Origin: Pseudoalteromonas translucida KMM 520
GTDB lineage: Bacteria > Pseudomonadota > Gammaproteobacteria > Enterobacterales > Alteromonadaceae
Direction of reading: 5' to 3'
DNA length: 32,000 bases
NCBI RefSeq assembly: GCF_001465295.1
Contig: NZ_CP011034.1
Location: 1,200,001 to 1,232,000, forward strand
The notes under the pieces are model-generated. The model was not told the DNA's origin. It did no database searches and was given only the letters and a program-made list of their open reading frames with translations. Positions within the stretch are counted from its first letter, which is position 1. The number at the start of each line of letters is the position of its first letter. Shown in pieces: positions 25,915 through 32,000 of the stretch. Both the position numbers and the translations under genes were made by a program.

Positions 25915-26980
25915 ATATATAAAAGCCTGGTACGAAAAAAAGTTTTCTGACCCTCATTCAGTTACTTTATTATTTTTATTATTGGCGTTAGTCGCCTTAT
26001 TATATTTTATTGGATCTTTGATAGTGCCGGTATTGGTGGCACTTATTATTGCCTATTTACTCGATTGGCCGGTGCTGCATTTAGAGCGTTTTGGGTTAAA
26101 GCGCTTTACCGCTACAGTAATTGTTATGCTTATATTTACAGGTATTATGCTGACACTTATTTTAGTTATTGGCCCTGTGCTGTGGCAGCAAACCAGTAAT
26201 TTATTTCAAGAAACACCGCATATGGTCGAGCAAGGAAAATCGTTTTTATTGGCCTTGCCTGCGCAGTACCCTAGTTTAATTACTGCAGAACAAGTACAAA
26301 CCATTGTATTAACAGTAGAGGCTAAAGTAATTGAATTTGGCCAAGTGGTGTTGTCGGTGTCGCTCACGTCTTTAAAAGATGCGGTTGCGTGGTTAATTTA
26401 CTTAATTTTAGTGCCCTTGTTAGTGTTTTTTATGCTTAAAGACAAACTAGAGCTTAGCCACAGTATTGCTAAACTTATTCCACAACAACGACGCTTAATA
26501 ATGCAGGTGTGGAATGAAATGAATCAGCAAATAATGAACTACATTCGCGGTAAAGTGTTTGAAATACTGATTGTTGGCTCGGTGTCGTTTATTGCCTTTA
26601 CGGTACTTGATTTACGCTATGCTGCGTTATTGGGTGTATTAGTGGGTTTTTCGGTGTTGATCCCTTTTGTGGGCGCGGCATTGGTAACCATTCCGGTGGC
26701 AGCAGTGGCGTTGTTTCAGTTTGGAATTGAAACCCAGTTTTGGACCATTTTAATTATTTACGGCATTATTCAAGCGCTTGATGGCAATGTACTCGTGCCT
26801 TTGTTGTTCTCTGAAGCGGTTGATTTAAATCCGGTATTTATTATTGTAGCGGTATTGTTTTTTGGAGGCTTGTGGGGTTTTTGGGGCGTATTTTTTGCCA
26901 TTCCGCTGGCGTCATTAGTCAAAGCGCTTATCAATGCGTGGTCATCTACTCAAGAAGAAATCATTAAAGAGCTGAGTTAA
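25907..26980 (+). CDS. perM: AI-2E family transporter PerM (YfgO)
   Basis: 357 aa, near-collinear with E. coli PerM (WYxxxFSDP, QVWxEMNQQIxNYIRGKV, GFSVLIP, GGLWGFWGVFFAIPLA). It is divergent from bepA, as in E. coli. Confidence 0.9.
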   Translation: MFEYIKAWYEKKFSDPHSVTLLFLLLALVALLYFIGSLIVPVLVALIIAYLLDWPVLHLERFGLKRFTATVIVMLIFTGIMLTLILVIGPVLWQQTSNLFQETPHMVEQGKSFLLALPAQYPSLITAEQVQTIVLTVEAKVIEFGQVVLSVSLTSLKDAVAWLIYLILVPLLVFFMLKDKLELSHSIAKLIPQQRRLIMQVWNEMNQQIMNYIRGKVFEILIVGSVSFIAFTVLDLRYAALLGVLVGFSVLIPFVGAALVTIPVAAVALFQFGIETQFWTILIIYGIIQALDGNVLVPLLFSEAVDLNPVFIIVAVLFFGGLWGFWGVFFAIPLASLVKALINAWSSTQEEIIKELS

Positions 26981-27113
26981 AAGTTAGCACCGCTTTAAGT
27001 ATAAAAAAGCATAGAAAACGCATCTTTAAAACTAATTGATTATTATCTATTACCGCCAAAACTATGTAATATTGGTATAAGATATATTTATTAGTAATAA
27101 GGTGCGTTTTTTA

Positions 27114-29372
27114 ATGTCTGAGTTTTTATTACCCGATGAGCCAGTAAAACAAGTTTACCTTGATGCAAATGCAACGACCCCTGTGTTGCCATGCATAGTT
27201 GATGTGGTGTGCCATGCAATGCAAACCTGTTTTGGTAATCCTTCTAGCCCACACATAACGGGTATTCAAGCTAAGCACTTATTGGAGCAAACTCGACAAA
27301 AAGCACGCGCGGTAATTGGCGCTAATAATGGTGATATTTTATTTACCTCTGGGGCAACCGAAGGTATTCAAACGGCTGTAGTGTCTACGCTGATAAATGC
27401 TAAAACCCATAATAAAAAAAATCCGGTGTTACTTTATGGCGCTACAGAGCACAAAGCAGTACCAAACACCCTAAAACATTGGAACCAAGTGCTAGAAATT
27501 AACGCTCAAGTACTTGCCATTCCGGTTGATAGTAACGGTATTTTAGACTTAGATTTTATTGCTCAGCATGTTGATGATGCGCTAATGATTTGCACTATGG
27601 CGGTTAATAATGAAACCGGTGTATATCAAGATCTAGCGGCAATAGAGCAGGTTATTCGTAGTCGCAATAGCAGTGTGTCTTGGATGGTCGATTGCGTTCA
27701 AGCATTAGGTAAGCAGCAGCTTATGTTGAGCGAAACAACAATAGATTACGCACCGTTTTCGGGCCATAAACTCTACGCACCCAAAGGTATTGGTTTGTTA
27801 TATATTCGCCAAGGCAGTGCGTATACGGCATTTATAGCCGGTGGCGGGCAAGAAAGCGGTATGCGCTCAGGTACTGAAAATCTCCCTGGTATTGCAGGGC
27901 TTAATAAGTTATTTAGTTTGTTATTAGATAAAACCGATGACACGTTTAAATCAAGTGCTATGCTTGCGCAATATCGCAGCCAATTACACAATGCAATAAG
28001 CGATACGTTTGGTGCCATTACCTTTAACCATGATTTTGCATACTCTGTACCCACCACGCTTAATTTTGCGGTTAACGACTTAACCAGTAAAGAAGTTATT
28101 GATTTATTTGATGCGGCGGGCATACGCGTGAGCGGTGGCTCTGCGTGTAGCACTGGCGCTTCACAAAGTTTTGTATTAGATGCAATGGGCGCAACCCAGT
28201 GGCAAAGTGAAAACGCCATACGTTTATCGTTTGGACCGGCGGCCACGCAGCAAGACATTGACCATGCCTGTGAGCGAATTCGCGCCCTTAAACAAGTATT
28301 ACAAGCAAATTGCCTGGTAGTATCTGACAGCGCTACACCTGTGCAGGAATTATGTGCACTTGGCTTAACCCAATTTAGGCACCAAGGCGCGTGCAGCTGG
28401 TTATATGTTAATAGCAATAACCATGCGGTTATCATCGACCCTATTATAGAGTTAATACCGCGCTTTGAAAAAATAGCCAATACGCAAAATTTAACCATAA
28501 CCGCTATTTTAGACACCCATGTACACCAAGAACGTAATAGTGCAGTTGCCTTATTACGCAGTGTGTTAGCAGCACGTTTAGTAGCAGGAGAGGTTGATCA
28601 ATTAGGTTGGCCAGTTAACCAAACGGTGATTAATTTAAATGGGCAGCGCCTAGAAAAGCTTGCCACACCTGGGCATAGCCAAGATAGTGTGAGTTACTTA
28701 TTAAAAGAAGCCTCGGGTGAGGTTCGTTATTGTTTTTGTGGTGATCTCATTTTACCAGCGGGGCTGGGTAATACTCACTTGCTTGGTGGTAGTGCAGAGC
28801 AAATGGCTGACTCGTTAATATTACTAGCGCAGCAGTTAACCCCAGAGGCGATTGTTTGCTCAGGGCACGATTACCAACAGTGTTTTGCCATGAACTGGGC
28901 GGTACAGCAACAGCAAACTCCTTTATTGGGCGCGTTGTTATCTAAGCAAATAACGAAAAATGAATTTGCCGTTAAAAAACAGCAGCACGATGAGCAAAAA
29001 CAAACAGCTAATAACAACCAGCTTTGTGGTTATGTAAATGCGCAACCAGATACAAATACACAGCAATTGAGTTACTCACAGGCAAAAGAGATGCTCAGCC
29101 ACGGCAATGTATATTTAATTGATACGCGCGAACCCTATGAGCATGGCGCTAATAATATTTCATCGTTATTAAATGTTGCTACAGCTAAAACTTTAAATAT
29201 TCCACTTAGCCGTATGGCAAACGCAATAGTAGAGCAGCAGCTAGATAAAAATAACCAATATATTTTAGTGTGCCGCAGTGGTAATCGCTCAAAGTTGGCA
29301 GCAGCTAATTTAATTGAGCTAGGTTATACCTCGGTTTATAATTTAAATGGCGGTTTGGCACTGGGAAGTTAA
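27114..29372 (+). CDS. Tri-domain fusion: class V cysteine desulfurase (NifS/IscS-like), MBL-fold ETHE1-like domain and rhodanese
   Basis: PLP motif SGHK (Lys codon 27768-27770). Desulfurase loop SGGSACS (Cys codon 28146-28148). MBL segment THVHQER (28515-28535) with TPGHS, CGD and SGHDY. Rhodanese active site CRSGNRS (Cys codon 29271-29273). ATG at 27114 is preceded by AAGGTG at 9-nt spacing. Confidence 0.85.
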   Translation: MSEFLLPDEPVKQVYLDANATTPVLPCIVDVVCHAMQTCFGNPSSPHITGIQAKHLLEQTRQKARAVIGANNGDILFTSGATEGIQTAVVSTLINAKTHNKKNPVLLYGATEHKAVPNTLKHWNQVLEINAQVLAIPVDSNGILDLDFIAQHVDDALMICTMAVNNETGVYQDLAAIEQVIRSRNSSVSWMVDCVQALGKQQLMLSETTIDYAPFSGHKLYAPKGIGLLYIRQGSAYTAFIAGGGQESGMRSGTENLPGIAGLNKLFSLLLDKTDDTFKSSAMLAQYRSQLHNAISDTFGAITFNHDFAYSVPTTLNFAVNDLTSKEVIDLFDAAGIRVSGGSACSTGASQSFVLDAMGATQWQSENAIRLSFGPAATQQDIDHACERIRALKQVLQANCLVVSDSATPVQELCALGLTQFRHQGACSWLYVNSNNHAVIIDPIIELIPRFEKIANTQNLTITAILDTHVHQERNSAVALLRSVLAARLVAGEVDQLGWPVNQTVINLNGQRLEKLATPGHSQDSVSYLLKEASGEVRYCFCGDLILPAGLGNTHLLGGSAEQMADSLILLAQQLTPEAIVCSGHDYQQCFAMNWAVQQQQTPLLGALLSKQITKNEFAVKKQQHDEQKQTANNNQLCGYVNAQPDTNTQQLSYSQAKEMLSHGNVYLIDTREPYEHGANNISSLLNVATAKTLNIPLSRMANAIVEQQLDKNNQYILVCRSGNRSKLAAANLIELGYTSVYNLNGGLALGS

Positions 29373-29391
29373 AATTAGTCAGCAAATAAAT

Positions 29392-29425
29392 AAAAAGGCC
29401 GACATTTGTCGGCCTTTTTATTTAT
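29392..29425 (+). terminator. Rho-independent terminator after the fusion gene
   Basis: AAAAAGGCCGACATTTGTCGGCCTTTTT lies within a longer AT palindrome (AAATAAATAAAAAGGCCGACA/TGTCGGCCTTTTTATTTATTT). Confidence 0.8.
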
Positions 29426-29487
29426 TTGCCAAATTAAGCTAAGTGAGTCGTCTCTGAATGGGTTGTTAAATTAATATATTAATTTTA

Positions 29488-29501
29488 TGATACCGGTGTC
29501 A
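29488..29501. promoter_or_regulatory. Candidate LacI-family-type palindromic operator upstream of pgi
   Basis: TGATACCGGTGTCA is a 14-bp near-perfect palindrome (TGAnACCGGTnTCA) about 140 nt upstream of the pgi ATG. Confidence 0.3.
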
Positions 29502-29641
29502 AAAGCAAAAAATTACGTTATCATTCACAGCATAAAATATAAAAACAGCTCATTTTTAACTTTGCTATATATGTTAATTAACTAAGTTTTATATAATAAA
29601 TACATTTAAATCAATAGATTAATATTTTAGGGGATGTTTAC

Positions 29642-31288
29642 ATGACTAACCGTTCGCAATTAGCAAGTTGGCAAGCGCTTGAAAAAAGTGCAACCAAGAT
29701 GAAACAAAGCCATCTTAGGGATTTATTTGCTAAAGATGACGCGCGTTTTTCTCAGTTTTCTACGCAAATCCCTGGATTATTATTTGATTACTCAAAACAA
29801 CGTATTGATAAAGATGTTTTTACACAATTAATTGCATTAGCTAAAGAGTGTGACATTAGCGCTTGGCGTGAAAAAATGTTTAACGGTGAAAAGATTAACA
29901 TCACCGAAAACCGAGCAGTTTTACACACAGCATTACGTAACCGCGCTCATACGCCACTTATTGTTGATGGCGAAAATGTAACTGAGTTGGTTGATAACGA
30001 ACTTGCTAAAATTAAACTGTTTGTTGAAAAAGTGCGCAGTGGCAAGTGGTTAGGTTACAGTGGTAAGCCAGTAAAAGATGTAGTAAGTATAGGTGTAGGT
30101 GGTTCAAACCTTGGCCCGCAAATGGCAACCGAAGCATTAAAAGCGTTAAGTGACGATACCTTAAATGTACATTATGTGTCGAATGCTGACGGGGTACAAA
30201 TTGCCTCGGTATTAAAAAACATTGATGCAGAAACAACCTTGTTTGTTATTGCATCAAAAACGTTTACCACGTCAGAGACAATGACCAACGCTAAAACAGC
30301 GGTTGATTGGTTTTTACAAACAGCTAAAGATAACGCCGCTATTGCTAAGCATTTTGTTGCGGTGAGCACTAATTTAGAAAAAACAGCCGAGTTTGGCATT
30401 AGTAACGATAACGTATTTACTATGTGGGATTGGGTTGGTGGTCGCTTTTCATTATGGAGTGCCATAGGTTTACCGATTGCATTATATGCAGGGTATGACG
30501 CTTTTGAAGCAATTTTAGAGGGTGCATACGAAGTTGATGAGCACTTTAAAAACGCGCCATTAGAGCAAAATGTTCCGCTTATTATGGCATTGTTAAGCGT
30601 GTGGAATACCAGCTTTTTAGGTTACACCTCGCAAGCTATTTTACCTTATGACCAAGCGCTGCACATGTTGCCTGCGTACTTACAACAAGGCGAAATGGAA
30701 AGTAACGGCAAGCATGTTAACTTTGCCGGTGAAACTGTGCCTTATACAACAGTGCCAATTATTTGGGGTATGACGGGGATTAACGGGCAACATGCATTTT
30801 ACCAATGTTTGCATCAAGGTAATGTGATTGTACCGGCTGATTTTATTGCCTCAATTAAGCCGCAAGTAAGCGTTGATAAACATCACGATATTTTATTATC
30901 GAACTTTTTTGCGCAAACAGAAGCATTAATGAATGGCGTAGATGAGCAAGAGATCACCGCAGATTTAACCGCTAAGGGTAAATCTCAGGCGCAAATAGAT
31001 GAGTTACTAAAGCACAAAATCCATCAAGGCAACCGCCCAACTACCTCTATGTTACTAGATAGCGTAGACGCTAAAACGGTAGGGCGCTTAATTGCATTGT
31101 ATGAGCATAAGATTTTTTGCCAAGGCATTATTTTAGAAATTTGCTCATTTGATCAATGGGGTGTTGAGCTAGGTAAAGGGTTAGCATCAAAAATAGAAGC
31201 TGAGTTAGTTGATGAGCGCGTAAAATATGCTCATGATAGTTCAACTAATGGCTTAATGGCGTATTATAAGCAACATCGTACGCAGTAA
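29642..31288 (+). CDS. pgi: Glucose-6-phosphate isomerase
   Basis: 548 aa with canonical Pgi segments (GIGGSNLGPQM, IASKTFTTSET, GGRFSLWSAIGL, GMESNGK, WGVELGK). Confidence 0.97.
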   Translation: MTNRSQLASWQALEKSATKMKQSHLRDLFAKDDARFSQFSTQIPGLLFDYSKQRIDKDVFTQLIALAKECDISAWREKMFNGEKINITENRAVLHTALRNRAHTPLIVDGENVTELVDNELAKIKLFVEKVRSGKWLGYSGKPVKDVVSIGVGGSNLGPQMATEALKALSDDTLNVHYVSNADGVQIASVLKNIDAETTLFVIASKTFTTSETMTNAKTAVDWFLQTAKDNAAIAKHFVAVSTNLEKTAEFGISNDNVFTMWDWVGGRFSLWSAIGLPIALYAGYDAFEAILEGAYEVDEHFKNAPLEQNVPLIMALLSVWNTSFLGYTSQAILPYDQALHMLPAYLQQGEMESNGKHVNFAGETVPYTTVPIIWGMTGINGQHAFYQCLHQGNVIVPADFIASIKPQVSVDKHHDILLSNFFAQTEALMNGVDEQEITADLTAKGKSQAQIDELLKHKIHQGNRPTTSMLLDSVDAKTVGRLIALYEHKIFCQGIILEICSFDQWGVELGKGLASKIEAELVDERVKYAHDSSTNGLMAYYKQHRTQ

Positions 31289-31587
31289 AAAATTAGCTTA
31301 GTAACATAAGCAACCAAATACCTTTGAACGGGTAGCGCTGGTGTACTTAGGGACTGTATTTTTGTGAGAGGAATTACAGTTTCCTAAGGCCCATTTTAAA
31401 GCGCAGATGATAAAATTAAAAATAAATAGCCAGCAGTGCGGTTAAATAAAAAACATCATCATCACAGCATAACCAAGCAGGTTTTTGTGCAAATATATTT
31501 ATAAAAACCGACATCATTCAAGCAATAAACCGCTATATCTGATTACCTAACGGGTAGTGCCAGGTAGCACAAACGTAGAGAGTAACT

Positions 31588-32000
31588 ATGCTTAATCCTT
31601 TTGATATTATAATTTTTGGGGGCGGTGGTGATCTTGCGTTACGCAAATTACTACCTGCAATGTATCGAGCATATCAAGAAGGTAATTTACCTGAAGGCTC
31701 ACGTATTTTGCCAACGGTACGCGAAGAAACCCAACGTGCTGAGTACATAGAAACAGCACACAAAGCCTTAAAAGAGTTTTTAGCAAAAGATGAGTTTAAT
31801 GCTAAAGATTGGAAAGCCTTTGCTACTTTTTTAGTACCTGTTGTTAGCAATGTAACAGCCCCTGACGATAACTGGGATGTGCTAAAAGGTATTTTAGATG
31901 AGCACGACAGCACTAAATCTCGCGTATTTTACTTATCACTACCACCTGCTGTATACGGCACTTGCTGTGAAATTTTATCTGTTAAAAACTTAATAACGCC
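31588..32000 (+). CDS. zwf: Glucose-6-phosphate 1-dehydrogenase, N-terminal part (continues beyond window end)
   Basis: Hand translation from ATG 31588 gives MLNPFDIIIFGGGGDLALRKLLPAMYRAY...SRVFYLSLPPAVY. It has the NADP-binding GxxGDLA motif and a conserved Zwf N-terminus. It is absent from the ORF track because there is no stop in the window. Confidence 0.9.
   Translation, partial: MLNPFDIIIFGGGGDLALRKLLPAMYRAYQEGNLPEGSRILPTVREETQRAEYIETAHKALKEFLAKDEFNAKDWKAFATFLVPVVSNVTAPDDNWDVLKGILDEHDSTKSRVFYLSLPPAVYGTCCEILSVKNLIT

Noticed and set aside
27773-28516. 247-aa ORF antisense to the desulfurase fusion gene.
   Set aside because: It is fully nested antisense within a strongly supported CDS and shows no recognisable motifs. 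This is typical shadow-frame behaviour.
31346-31388. HexR operator upstream of zwf.
   Set aside because: Only one AATTACA half-site is present. The partner half-site is at the wrong spacing (TGTA-N16-TACA) for the HexR palindrome as I remember it.

Overview
AT-rich gammaproteobacterial chromosome. From memory of protein similarity and gene order (nothing was searched), it looks like core chromosome of a marine Alteromonadales organism, probably Pseudoalteromonas. Left to right: rnfB (partial) and rnfA; a membrane GGDEF-EAL protein; four identical tandem tRNA-Asn(GUU) genes with a textbook promoter; a roughly 1.05-kb non-coding AT-rich gap; a MATE efflux gene followed by uvrB and a RlmI-like methyltransferase; an orphan 346-aa protein; a PspB-like small membrane protein; an ICMT-family methyltransferase; divergent queC and queE; a REP-flanked SAM methyltransferase; a flavodoxin-like protein; DUF2789; bcp-gcvR divergent from bamC; a YjiH-like membrane protein; PagL-like and MlaC-like genes; an ankyrin-repeat membrane protein; a bepA-yfgD(arsC)-wrbA-DUF2069 block preceded by an unknown 221-aa ORF; a TusA-like gene overlapping perM; a 752-aa cysteine desulfurase-MBL-rhodanese fusion; pgi; and the start of zwf. 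I see no CRISPR array, transposase, integrase, prophage, toxin-antitoxin pair or recognisable defence system, so the window is mostly housekeeping. The most interesting items are: (1) a three-box DnaA-box cluster with a head-to-head pair inside a perfect 11-bp inverted repeat, in the large gap between the tRNA array and the MATE-uvrB unit (DARS/datA-like); (2) the tri-domain sulfur-trafficking fusion and its neighbouring TusA-like/PerM pair; (3) several orphan proteins (346 aa, 221 aa, ankyrin-TM); and (4) two small ORFs below the ORF-track cutoff. All functional calls come from motif and sequence recognition by eye and need HMM or BLAST confirmation.
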